From the human T2T-CHM13v2.0 reference genome, Homo sapiens, in NCBI RefSeq assembly GCF_009914755.1, contig NC_060934.1: a DNA stretch of 64,000 nt; one strand, given 5' to 3'. The notes beneath the pieces are model-generated. The model made no database searches. It was not told the DNA's origin and saw nothing but the letters and a program-made list of their open reading frames with translations. This document shows, piece by piece, positions 46,020-63,174 of the stretch. Position 1 is the stretch's first letter; each line of letters opens with the position of its first letter. Made by a program: the position numbers and the translations under genes.

Positions 46020-46824
46020 GGTTGTATGTCTTATTTGTATCTTCTGACATATCATTCACATATAGTAAAGTGCACAGATGTGAAGTTCACACCTTGATGT
46101 GTGTCTACCTGTTTATACACCCAGGTAACTGTCACCGGATCAAGACTTGGGGCATTTCCACATCTGCAGAAGGCTCCCTTCTTCCCCTCAGTCCTGCCCT
46201 CCCCACCCCAGGGGAGACACTTTCTGGACTCTACCAAACTTCTAAATGGAGTCATGTGCTGTGTGCATTGCAGGACTCTAGTGCCAGGGAGGGGTTGATG
46301 TGATCCCTTTGATTTGTATTTGGAAAGATGGTACCCTGCTGTCTGCAGCATGGAGAATGAATAGGAGGGGCCCCACTTGCAGCTGGAAGATGAGATGGAG
46401 GCTGTTCAGTCCTCAGGACCTAGGACACAGGGGCCTGAATGGGGAAAGGATGGAAAATAGTGGCAGACGGTGGTTAAATCAACCAGACCTGGTGGCTGTG
46501 TGTGGGTACGGGGGATAGAAGAACTAACGCTGGTTCCTGGGCTGCTGTCTTGGTGCCTGGGAATCGGGGCAGAGAAGCTGTGCATTGAGCCAAGGAACCT
46601 GGAGAAGGAAACCCAGAGGAGGAGGATGGGAGTGACTTGGGGCCTGGGGCTTGTTGAGTTTGAGATGCTTGGTACTGCCAGGTGGAGGGGCTGCACAGGT
46701 GGATGGACTGAGACACCAGTCAAGCAATGGGCACATCCATAATGCTGGGCAAACAGACAGAGCTGTGATCATGAGACAATTGCTCTGGGAGAAAGAAATT
46801 AATAAGAAAGCAGTCAGAACTCAA

Positions 46825-47160
46825 CAGTCATGAGTCTCATAAAGATGTTTCAGTCAGTGATGGACCAAATATACAATTGTGGTCACGTAAGATTACAGTA
46901 CCGTGTTTTTACTGTATCTTTTCTACATTTAGCTGTTTAGATACACAGATACCATTGTGTTACAATTGCCTGCAGTGTTTAGTGTCTTCGCGTGCTGTAT
47001 GGGTTTGCAGCCTGGGAGCTATAGGCTATGCCATATAGCCTGGGTGTGCAGTAGCTGTACCATCTAGGATTGTGTAAGTCACTCTATGATATTTATACAA
47101 CAAAATCACCTATGATGCATTTCTCAGAACGTATCCCGACCATTAAGTGATGCATGACTG
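46825..47160. mobile_element. Tigger3/MER7-like DNA transposon
   Basis: Terminal inverted repeats cagtcatg...catgactg followed by TA. Confidence 0.8.
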
Positions 47161-48224
47161 TAATGATCAGCTGAGTAAAGAAAAGTGCACCCACAAAGAG
47201 ACTGAGAGGGACCCCAGAAAAGTAGGGGGACGTCCAGGAGAATATGGAACTGCAGAGTCAAGGGGACGGAGTGCTTCCCAAAGGCTGAGGACAGGAGCGG
47301 CCTTTACTGTGGCTGTGAATCTTGTTAAGCTGCTATCAGATCCCAGTTCCCTGTTCCTGCATCCTTTCTCCTGAGTCAAGACTAGCAGCTTCTCAGTGAG
47401 AAACTTCGAATCTTGTAATTGGAGTAGGTCTGAAAGCATTGTAAGAAGCTCTGTGAGATTCAAACTTATTGCTTTATATATGATCTTAAGACTCAACCCC
47501 TGGGAGCTGGATACAACCATGGTTTTCCAACAGCTTCAGACAGGGTCTCTGAAGGCAGGCAGTCATTCCTCTTAGAGGCTTTGGAGACTCAGGCCCTTGT
47601 TCTCCCTTCCCCTCTGGTATCCCTGAGCTCATCAGCCCTGACTTCCTGAGTGGCCAGGGTCATTTTCCTTTTAGAAAAATCAGATAAATAGAACAAGACA
47701 ATACAAACAACAGACAAAAAACCCTGTGAGATCATCAGGTACAATAATAGTAACGATTATTCATCCACCATCTGTTTTGGGTGGGGCACTTCACATGCTT
47801 TATCCTATTCTCACAATGGCCTTGTGAGTGAGAGATTCCCACTTTTCAGATGTCGGAGTTGAGGTCACAGTGCTAGTGAGTGGTGTCTGAGCCACATGAG
47901 GCTGACTGTAGACTGGGCCCACCGTTCCACCGCACCATGCCGAGTCTCAAGAATGTATATGCTCTGTTGAAAATCAAACCCTGGCTCCTGAGTGACAGAT
48001 GGAAACACTGGGGTGAATCGTGTTGATTCACTTCCATAAGCATTTACCAAGCCCCTTCTATGCCAGGCATACACCATGATCAGCACTGGGGAGACAGAGG
48101 GAAAATCTTGAGCAAGTGAACTTCCAGCTGAGACAGAGACACAATAAGCTAATGGACAAATAAAGTCATTTTAGAACATGCTCAGGGCTCTGAAGGGAAT
48201 AAGAGGAGGTGAATGAAAGTGATC

Positions 48225-48420
48225 ATATGAAGGGGCAATTAAAGTTGGGCTGTCAAGGTCTCCAGGAGCCCAAGTTCCAGGGAACTCCTGCCAGGTTGGA
48301 GCTTCTTCCAGGCTGTGCAGTTTGCCTCGAAGACCACGTTCTGATCCTGTGGGCCAGCAGGTGTGTTACTTGCTGGCCAAGGACCTGGGGTTCTATCATC
48401 AGTAATGTTTGCCAAAGGGA
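48225..48420 (-). pseudogene. PHF24-like PHD-finger exon remnant
   Basis: Acceptor ctgcttag|. HLLAHRIRT / VFEANC / GRSSLEL / FNCPF vs SLFPCRVCT / VFHDGC / GDSAAEV / WSCHY. Frameshifted, and most Zn ligands are lost. Confidence 0.5.
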
Positions 48421-49561
48421 CTAAGCAGTTTTTATTTCTAAGGCAAGGTAAATCCTGCAACAGTCAAAACTGGCCTGTGATAAAGATTTGGTGAACATAG
48501 AATGTGCACGGTGGAATGTGTTGACTTAAAGACACCTCAGGTCCCCACATCAAGAAAACCTTCAACAACATCTTAAAGCAAAGGCACTACCTAGGAGAAG
48601 GCATGACGGTTTCACCTAAAAGATAGTCTTGGAGGCTAAAGGGACCCAGTGACAAGGTAGTGCCTCCTAAGCAGAGCTGGTACCCTAGGAGAGAATCCCT
48701 GTGACAAAGGTCCACATGCCTGGGCCAGAGCTGGGGTGGAGCCAGGTGGGTGCCTCCCCTGTAGATGAGTCTCCTGGGCATTCTAGCCCCTGGAAAGATC
48801 TGTCATTTCCTTAGGAGTGGAGTCTTCTCAGAAGGGTTCAGACTGGGAAGTGGGAACCTCTAGTCCAGCCTGCCCAAGGGCTTGGGGTCAGCAATGCGGA
48901 CATGAGGGACACTGGCCAGGTGGAATTGAAGACTCACCCAAAGCAAGTCTTCCTCATCCTCCTCAGGGATTGGAGCTTGGAGAAGCCACCCCTTCAGTGC
49001 AGGAGAGCTCTGTTCTCTCCTTGGATAGCGTGCACCTGCCCTGGTACAGGTGGGGAGGTGCTGACTAGGAACCTCCTACCCAGGACTTGAAGGGTTAAGT
49101 CCATTTCCTTTAGAGGAGGCCTGTGGGAGTTATCAGGCACTCAGCACTGTGGGAGCACATGGCAAGGTCACTGCCCATGCTTCGCTTCTGGACTGGCATT
49201 TTTCCTGGAAGAAGGACAGCTGGGAGCAGTGGTGGTTGCCCTTGGACCCTGCTCCTCCATCTGCTTTCCCATCTGCTTGAGGGTCTTGCCATGACAGAGA
49301 GTGCCTGGGAGGAGGGCATCCAGCCACTTCATCTGGATGTTTGGGACCACACATATCAGCCCCAACTACTCTCCCTTGCCCTTGCCATTCCGCCAGTTGA
49401 CAGCCTTGAAAGGAGATGGGATATGGTACAACAATCACAAGACTTTGGCTCCTGGGAAGCCCAGGAAGTGGACTTGGCTTGGCCCCACTTGCTGTGGCTC
49501 CAGCGAGGTCTTGCGTCTGCCTCCCCATCTGAAGTCATGGAGATATTCCTTGCTAAAGGAA

Positions 49562-50340
49562 CCTGTCTGGGCCTGACATAGGAGGCGCTCCACAAATGGA
49601 CTGTGCCCGTATCCTGAGCCTCCCAAACCCAGAAGCTCAGGTGGAAAGTCACCTGAATGGACGTGTTCTCCCTGTGTCACTTGACTCAAGGTTTTGTCCA
49701 CATGCCCCTGCATCTTACTCTCTCCCTGCTTCCAGTGTTCCCTGCCAAATCATCATTCTCTAAACCACCATTCCCTAAACCATCATCCTCCAAAACACCC
49801 TTTTCTAAACCACTGTTCTCTAAACCACCCTTCTCTAAACCACCATTCTCTAAACCACCCTTCTCTAAATCACTTATCTCTAAACCACTGTTCTCTAAAC
49901 CACCGTTCCCTAAACCATCGTTTTCTAAGCCACCCTTCTCTAAACCACTGATCTCTAAACCACTGTTCCCTAAACCATCATTCTCTAAACCACCCTTCTC
50001 TAAACCACTGTTCTCCAAACCATCGTTCTCTAAACCACCCTTCTCTGGCCTCATTGTGCTCACATTTCTGCTTAGATGCTTCCACGATGCTTCACTCCAT
50101 GCAGACAAGCTTTTGGGTCTCGGCCCCCCCTGGATCCTTACACTGGGAGCCTGACTCTGGACCTTTACCTCACAGTCCCCTTGCCTTGGGAGGGTCTCTC
50201 CCCAGGTCATGGTGGGCTCCCAAACATGCCCCTTGCTGGCTTTCCCTTCTGCTCCTCTGAGTCCATCGAGATCTAGCTGTCCTATGAGGGCTGACTTTGC
50301 TCCTACCTTCTTCTCAGAGCTTTCCCCAGTCAACACACCT
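49562..50340 (-). pseudogene. PHF24-like first coding exon with inserted pentapeptide repeat
   Basis: GVLTGESSEKKVGAKSALIGQLDLDGLR vs recalled PHF24 (M)[28 protein letters not shown] is ungapped, with GVL, K15, L18 and DGLR in register. ASWKHL vs AAWERL. After a frameshift, FPPELL..P....L vs TPPAFI..P....L. The 3' boundary is approximate. Confidence 0.75.
49747..50046. repeat. 15-bp minisatellite, 20 copies (TTCTCTAAACCACCC-like)
   Basis: Directly visible. It translates on the minus strand as 20 x [EG]xx[GVD]L with no indels. Confidence 0.97.
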
Positions 50341-51403
50341 CTGAAATCTTAGAGTCTGTCTATGGGTAATTAATTTAACATTTCACACGTACTGTCTTGT
50401 CTCCTTCCTAAAATAGATCCCCTTGAGACAGGAGCTAATAGTCTTCCCTTTAAGCCTTCATCTGATTGTCCTCAACACATACCCAGGGCCCTGTGTCAAG
50501 AGCAAGACCCTAATGAACCTGACAATCACTGGGAAAGAGAAAAATTATGCCACAGAAAGTTTTAAATTAATCAACTAAGATCCATATTAAAAATTAGGAA
50601 CATTTGTAGAAAGAATAAAATAATGAAGATGAGAACAGAAATCAGAGAAATAGAAAAAAGTACCCTAGAAAAGGTAAACAGAGCCAAAATTGTTTTGAAA
50701 AGACTAATAAAAGTGATGTGCACTGGCGAGATGGATCACAGGGTAAGTGGGCAGCTCTCGATGGTTCTTAACCCAAATGCCATCCAGATGTTGGGCTTAA
50801 TTTATCAAAACAAGTCTGAAATCCCTAAAAGGCATTCCAGTCTGAACCTACGGGTTCATTAACATTTACTTAGCACGCCTCCTCAGGCCTCTCCTCCCAC
50901 TGCTCTGGGATCTCAGGCTCCCAAATCCAGTGCCCTGAGGAGGAGGAGAAAGAGGAATAGGCAGAGGTCAGGAGCATGGTAAGCTCTATCCTTTCCTGGA
51001 TTCAGAGATCTTAAGTAACTTGGAAGACAGAGATGCCATCCCCGAGTCCCTAAATGAACATAGGTCATTAGAGATCAGAGAACAGACAAACAGCACTCAA
51101 GCAGAGTGTAACTCAATCCCACACTTGGAGACACAAGCACGGCATTTGAGGAAGTGCCTGAAACTCACCTAGAGGATGGCATTGCCTTTGAAAAAGGAAA
51201 CCAAGACCAGATTTATGAGTCTGCCACCAAACTGAAATAATTAGCTCAATTTTCTCGGCCATTGCAGCAGACTTTCAAGCTCTGCTTTAGGAATGGATAA
51301 TTTACATGATAGGAAAACATGAAAACTTTACTATGCATTTATTAACATACCACAAGCATCTATTTCAAGACTAATGGAGATGTTTCTCAGTTGGTTAAGT
51401 AAG

Positions 51404-51434
<31 letters not shown>

Positions 51435-52149
51435 AAGCATCAGGAAAGACTCTAGCAAGTGGGTAAGACTCTAGAAGTGGGTAACATGTGAGGGAGAAAC
51501 TCTAGATGGGGCCCGTGTCCTCCCATTGGGAATTGTCTATCCAGACAGAGAGACTCTGCTGGGCTACTCCCAGAGGGCACAGAAGAAAGACCTTTCTATG
51601 GGTTCAACACTAACGCCTGTCTTACATCTGGAACCAGGACCTTTTGCAATTCAGCAGAAATCTGCTGGGAACCTGATGTGTGCCAAGCATTGGTCTGGAA
51701 TCTGTGGATACTAGATGAATTAGTTGTAAGCCCTGCCCTTGAGGAACCACAGTCTAGCTGGGAGGACAGTTATCTTAACACCCATGTAGGGCACAGTATG
51801 ATCACAGGCAGGAGGTGCACAGAGGCTCTTTGTGAATGAGTTAATGAACAGTTAATGAATGACTAATGATGCTAGCAGTATGCACACCGTGCCTAAGTTC
51901 TCTGGCTGTCCTCGCCTGCCAAAGGTGTATTGGACAAGGTGAGCATAAAGATTATCACCCACAACAGTTTTAAGAGTGAAGGCGACCCATGGAAAAATGC
52001 ACAAGGACAACAGGAGTAACCAGAACTGTCGTAAGCAAACAGATTGTACGGTCATCCTAACTATGGGAAGGTAGGAAACTGGAAAGACAGGGAAGTATAA
52101 CATGGGAAGAATGTTTACTTTTTCTCCACTCATTTCTTAAATGTTTAAT

Positions 52150-52470
52150 TTTTTTTAAACTTTTAACTGTGGAAAAACATATATACGATAAAATTTGCCA
52201 TGTTACTTTTAAGGGTACAGTTCGGTAGCATTAAGTACATTCACATTGTTGTGCAGTCTTCAAAACTCTCTTCACCTTGCGAAACTAAAACTCCATGCCC
52301 ATTCAGTGATAGCACCCCATTCCCCCTCCCTCTAGACCCTGGCAACCCTGCTTTCTGTCTCTATAGATTAGACTACTTAGATGCCTCATGTAAGTGGACT
52401 TATACAGTATTTGTCTTTTTTGTGTGGCTGGTTAATTTCACTCAGCATGAGGTCCTCAAGGTTCTTCTAC
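52150..52470 (-). mobile_element. L1MB-type 3' fragment
   Basis: gcattaagtacattcacattgttgtgca..gaaactaaaactccatgccc. Confidence 0.75.
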
Positions 52471-52924
52471 TCATTCCTTGATAAGTGTTATCACAGCATC
52501 AAATTCACACTTGCAATGACATCATTGAGAACTAAAAGCTATGCAGTCATTGCATCATTGCTATTCTCAGCTGACGAGATTTAGTTTGAGCTTTTCTTTC
52601 TTTTGTTTGCATTGCATCAGCTACATTACAGGAATTCTTAGACTATTAAAGTGCAGGTTCCATTGTGGAAAAACACAAGTTGTTCACAAGGCCTTCAATA
52701 GCTCATAGTCTTGTTGCTAATTGAAGAATAACCAGACCAGGGCTTCCTGGGACTGGCAGGCTGGGCCCACTGACACATTATTGTTTCAATGGTACTTAGT
52801 CTGTGGGGGATTTTGTTTGTTTATAGGCTTCTAAATTTGGGGTTCATGGCTATTTTATAAGTCTATGTAATCCTCAATTTTCTTATGAATTGTATACCTA
52901 TGTTTTATTTAAAAGTGTATCATT

Positions 52925-53018
52925 CCTGTGATTATTACATATGGCATGCCTGTAACAAAATATCTCATGTACCCTATAAATATAAACACCTACTATGTGC
53001 CAATAAAAATTTTAAAAA
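52925..53018 (+). mobile_element. Short L1MA-type 3' end
   Basis: gtgattattacatat..aaaatatctcatgtacc. TSD aaaagtgtatcatt at 52911-52924 and 57230-57243. Confidence 0.75.
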
Positions 53019-57216
<4,198 letters not shown>

Positions 57217-57283
57217 GAAAAAAATTTTAAAAAGTGTATCATTTTAGATAGCAAATTGTAGAGCAGTACATACAATATAGAGG

Positions 57284-57329
57284 TAGATAGATAGATAGAT
57301 AGATAGATAGAGAGATAGATAGATAGATA
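57284..57329. repeat. (GATA)n microsatellite
   Basis: Visible. Confidence 0.95.
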
Positions 57330-59303
57330 TTATGACTGAATATGTAATTATGTCTGTAAAGGTACAATCCACTTACAACTGTACCTAACTTTAGGAAATA
57401 ATTTTTTAAAACTCCATATGACTTTATACTGTGTTTATTAATAACTCATATTTAATTGAAAATTCTTTACAAAGCAATCATTTGGAGCTCAAGATGCACT
57501 TATCCTTGAAGCCATCATTTATCTATATATTCATTCATCCAATCAGTCAACAAATATTGCACACCAGGAACTATTCTAGATACCAGGATGTGGAAGAAAC
57601 AAGACAGATAAAAATCTTGCCCTAGAAAAATTTACTTTTAAAAAGAAGGATAAAGGGACAGATAATAAACCATCAAACAAATAAAAATAATAACTTCTGA
57701 GAACAATAAATGCTCTTAAGACAATGAAATATTTTAATGTAGTAGAGTATCTGGAGGTGGGGTGTGGAGGATGGATTTTTTGGAGAATGTTAGGAAAGAA
57801 CTTTTGAAGACAGGAATGTGGAAGATGGAGACCTGGAAGGACAGCCTCCCAGGAAGGCGAAATGGCACTGCTAATGTCAGAGTTGGGAAGGCTGGCATGG
57901 ACCAGAGCAAGCAGGGGAGAAGATGGTGAATAATGAGTGGATCCCTGATGGACATGAGGCTCGTCTGAGGGATTTTTGAGGGAGGCAAGAACTGGCAATC
58001 ACAGAGCACTGGGCAGCACTGGGCAGTTCTGCGCCGGTGTGGAACATGCCAGCTGTCCTGCAAGCCACAATGATTCCACCGAGTGAAGTGAAGTGGTCTC
58101 CTAAGAGTCACATGGAGGTGGGGAAGGGGAGGGAGTTGATGGGTGTAGTGATTCATGTTTTGGGCCTGAGTTTGAATCCTGGCTCTGGCTAGGGAATTGC
58201 CTATTCACCATGGGGTTCTGTTTTCTCATTTATAAAACTTTGGGGGTGGTCACAAGGTCTATTTCACAGAGTGATGGTAGATTTTAAAAGAGCCAGGGCA
58301 CCCACAGTGGCTCACATTCAGAACTGAAGAGCCATTTCATTACTCTAAGACTTACTTCTCTGAAAACCACCTAGCCAGGGATTCAGACTGGCGGGGGTTG
58401 TAGCACTTGCTGGATGAATGTGGGGGGAATCAGCTGCTTCGTGTGGTTATGCTCACATTTGTTAGGGTTCAATAGCTCTTAAGAAACTAAAGCCACATGA
58501 CAGATAGGAGCCACTAGGAACCTGGCACTGGAGAAGCTCAGCCTGTAGCTGTGGACATCACAGAGTTACTAAGTCAATGGGCTTGATTGCATATGTGTGT
58601 GTTAGTTATGTTCTTTAACCATGCATTCTGTGTGGATCCTACATTCCCTTAGTAAACCTGTACCATGCCTGCATTTTGGGGTCATCTACAGAAACCACTC
58701 TCTGCTCAGAGGAAAAGGGACTGTGGTCCTGATTGTCTCTTGTGAGATGAGAAAGATGGAGGCAAGCAGGGGTCCACAGAGAGCGGAACATCTGCAGGAA
58801 AGTGCAACCAGGGTCAAATGAATGTGTGGGAGCTAGTCTTCCGTGTGTAAGGCAGAATCCCATTCATAAGAGCACTTACATTGAATCCTGGCTCTTTTGA
58901 CTTATTGACTTGTGCCCTCAATTGAGTTATTTACTAGCATGAGCCTTGGCTTCCAGATCTGAAGAATGAGGATGGTACCTTATTATTTTGGTATTACGAT
59001 TCCTGGATAATAAATTCACAGTTCTTAAAAGAGTTCAGGTACAGAGTGCTCAATAACTGGTGGGAAGCCCCAGCACAGAGCTAACCCAGCCCACTCTGTA
59101 GCACTGCTAAGTGGACATTATTGTCCCTGCTGTAGGTGTGAGAAAATAGAGGCAATCAAACTTAAGTAATTTGAAGAAGAGAAAGTTGCCAAGTGGTAGG
59201 AGCAGGTCCCGAATCCACACCTAACCCTAAACTCATGCTTGTGATTATAGGTCTTGCCTCTCAAACTTGAATATGAGTAAAAAGGAGAAGAAATATGTTT
59301 TTT

Positions 59304-60408
59304 GTTTATTATTTTACATTACTTTAAATTCTGTGATACATGTGCTGAATGTGCAGGTTTGTTACATAGGTATACATGTGCCATGGTGGTTTGCTGCACC
59401 TGTCAATCCGTCATGTAGGTTTTAAGCCCCACATGCATTAGGTATTTGTCCTAATGCTCTCCCTCCCCTTCCCCCCAACCCCTTGATAGGCCCCGGTGTG
59501 TGATGTTTCCCTCCCTGTGTCCATGTATTCTCCATTGTTCAACTTCCACTTATGAGTAAGAGCATGTGGTGTTTGGTTTTCTGTTCCTTTGTTAGTTTGC
59601 TGAGGATGATGGCTTCCAGCTTCATCCATGTCCCTGCAAAGGACATGAGCTCATCCTTTTTTATGGCTGCATAGTATTCCGTGGTATATATGTGCCACAT
59701 TTTCTTTATCCAGTCTATCGTTGATGGCATTTTTGTTGGTTCCAAGTCTTTGCTATTGCAAGTAATGCTGCAATAAACACACATGTGCATGTGTCTTTAT
59801 AGTAGAATGACTTAAAATCCTTTGGGTATATACCCAGTAACAGGATTGCTGGGTCAAATGGTATTTCTGGTTCTAGATCCTTGAGGAATAACCACACTGT
59901 CTTCCACAGTGGTTGAACTAATTTATATTTCCACCAATAGTTTAAAAGCGTTCCTTTTTCTCCATATCCTTGCCAGCATCTGTTTCCAGACTTTTTAATG
60001 ATTGTCATTCTAACTGGAGTGAGGTGGTATCTCATTGTGGTTTTGGTTTGCATTTCTGTAATGACCAGTGATGATGAGCTTTTTTCCATATGTTTGTTAG
60101 CTGCATAAATGTCTTCTTTTGAGAAGTGTCTGTTCATATCCTTTGCCCACTTTTTGATGGGGTTGTTTTTTTCTTGTAAATTTGTTTAAGTTCCGTGTAG
60201 ATTCTGGATATTACCCCTTTGTCAGATGGATAGATTGCAAAAATTTTCTCCCATTCTGTAGGTTGCCTGTTCATTCTGATGATAGTTTCTTTTGCTGTGC
60301 AGAAGCTTTTTAGTTAAATTAAATCTCATTTGTCAATTTTGGCTTTTGTTGCAATTGCTTTTGGTGTTTTAGTCATGAAGTCTTTGCCCATGCCTATGTC
60401 CTGAATGT
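59304..60408 (-). mobile_element. 5'-truncated L1PA (approx. L1PA10)
   Basis: ORF2 C-terminal peptides. TSD aagaaat(a/g)tgtttt. Confidence 0.9.
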
Positions 60409-61390
60409 TAAGAAATGTGTTTTAAGGTGATATAATGACCATGCTTGGGACAATGTGAAACATTATGCATATGTAGGAGAGAAGACATTGCTCATAATCC
60501 CCTGTCAGCACAAGAGTCTGCCCAGAAATAGAAACACAGCCCATGGTGCTGCATAGCTGGGCATGCAGTTCACATGCAGTCTCCAAAATGCTGCTGCATG
60601 TGGAAAAAGTTGAATGAGGAGGCTTTCTCAGATGATATTGTCCTGGCCCCCTCAGTCCCCAGGACAATGTGAACAGGGTTCCGTGCATGAGTACTAGAGT
60701 GTCTGGGGACCTCATTTTACAGTTTCATCTCTTGCCCTGCTCTGAAATCTTGACGCTGCTAACACAACTCAGAGCGTCACTCTGCACCAACTTCCCATGG
60801 AACTCTGTCTTCCCAGCATCAGCACACGCACTGGCATCCTTCCAGCTGTCCAGCACATGACTCAATCCTGTGTTTACTCACACTTAATAACTTGGTTTTC
60901 TCTCTTACACTCTTAAAGCCAGACTTTGGTATGCAAGGAGTCCTCCAATCCAGTAGATTTGGGATCTGTGGTTGGTTTGGTTTGTTAATCAAAAAAATCA
61001 GTTAAGCAAAGAACCACAAAAATAATATTTGGATATCATAAATATTTTATTTTGCTTTAAAACATATACATGAATATTTGGTTACTAATCTTGTGACATA
61101 AAGCAAAAGCCTCTCTGAGGTGTGGGCCCAGTAGGCATCCCATGATGTCCCTCTTGCATAATGCATGTCTAAGCTGCATCCTCTATACATTCCATTGTTA
61201 GCTTTTTTAAAACGGACTCAGAACTTTAAAACAATTGCCAAGCATTCTGACTGTAGAATTTTAGTGGCTATTTCCCATTTTAGTTCCCCAATAAGTTACA
61301 GCTACTTGGAAACACTGAATTTGGTAGCATTATTTTTTAGTGGCTATGCTCAATAAGTCTTTCCACACTTGCAATTTAATTTTTCACAGG

Positions 61391-61948
61391 GATTTCTTCT
61401 GGGTATTTACCCAGAGGAAAAGAAGTCATTATACACAAAGAATACTTGCACATGCATGTTTATAGCAGCACATTCACAGTTGCAAAATCATGGAACCAAC
61501 CCAAATGCCATCAATCAATGAGTGGATAAAGGAACTGTGGTGTATATATATGATTGAATACTACTCAGCCATAAAAAGGAAAGAATTAATAGCATTTGCA
61601 GCGACTTGGACACGATTGGAGATGATTATTCTAAATGAAGTAACTCAGGAATGGAAAACCAAACATTTTATGTTCTCACTGATATGTGGGAACTAAGCTA
61701 TGAGGACGCAAAGGCCTAAGAATGATACAATGGACTTTGGGGGATTGGGCGTAAAAGTAGGGTAGCGAGGGACAAAAGACTGCAAATAGGGGGCAGTGTA
61801 TACTGCTCAGGTGGTGGGTGCACCAAAATCTCACAAATCACCACTAAAGAACTTACTCATGTAACCAAATACCACCTGTACCCCAATAACTTATGGAAAA
61901 ATAATAAAATAAATAAATAAAAATAAAACTAGCTACAAAATAAAAAAA
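61391..61948 (+). mobile_element. L1PB-type 3' fragment
   Basis: ctaagctatgaggacgcaaaggc..aagaatgatacaatggactttggg. TSD aatttt(t)cacagg. Confidence 0.88.
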
Positions 61949-62721
61949 TAATTTTCACAGGAATGACAACTCATTTGTACCCATATCTCATTGGTTTGAA
62001 TAAATTTACTTATATTAAATAACTTTGATAACAAGTATAAGAGTTATAAATAGATATGAGGAAAATGAAGACAGACCCCTGACAAGCATCCAGCTCACAT
62101 TAGGTGGGGAGGTACAGCCAGAGTGGCCCAGGAAGCAGGAGCTTTGCCTGCCTTCTGCATGTGCACAGCAGAGTGGACTATGTCCAGGAGTCCAGAGAAT
62201 CAGCTGAGGGGCTGCTTGAGAAAGCCTCAGAGTACATGGTGACCATTTTCTTAGAATGCACTCCCCAGTTCACCTGACCATCTTCTTCTAATTATTTATT
62301 TGTGCTTTAGCTGTCTCCTCTGCTAAACCTTTCCTGTCTTTATTCCAAGACTACCTTTCCTAGATACTTCAATTGCACCTAGAACTTTCCATTAATACCA
62401 AACTTAAAACATCACATTGCAATTGTGTTTCCATTTTTAATCTTTGCTACTAAATTATAATTTCCTTCAATCAGGTCCTATACCTTATTTACCATTATTT
62501 TCCCAGAGCCCAGCATAATGTCTCTCTCATTGCAAATATAAGTGTTTATGAAAGAACAGACAAATCTAAAATGGCCCAGTCCTACTGGACCAACAAACAA
62601 ACAAACCCACAAAACCTAGACTAAGCTTTCAAAGCTTGTTCTTCTTAACTGATACCTTTCAGTCAACCTTACCTGCCCAAATACTGTATATTCTACGATC
62701 AACACGTGCAATGCTGCTTTA

Positions 62722-63174
<453 letters not shown>

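Larger units (their letters stand above)
41461..50340 (-). pseudogene. PHF24 (GINIP/KIAA1045)-like unprocessed pseudogene, seven coding-exon remnants
   Basis: Colinear exon remnants match recalled PHF24 segments in the correct order (see the individual exons), most with AG/GT boundaries. The start codon is absent, and frameshifts and stops are present. Confidence 0.75.

Noticed and set aside
47280-47550. PCLKLLENHGC as an alternative PHD exon
   Set aside because: The spacing does not fit, and 48225-48420 has more residues in register.
48587-48781. THLAPPQLWPR as a continuation of the first PHF24-like exon
   Set aside because: The segment at ~49570-49660 matches the same PHF24 region in better register and lies closer to the rest of the exon.
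49747-50046. CRISPR-like array
   Set aside because: Head-to-tail units without unique spacers in human DNA; it is a minisatellite.
49657-50154. Plus-strand 165-aa (SKPPF)n ORF and the overlapping His-rich (NHHSL)n ORF
   Set aside because: By-products of a stop-free 15-bp repeat. The flanking homology supports the minus frame.
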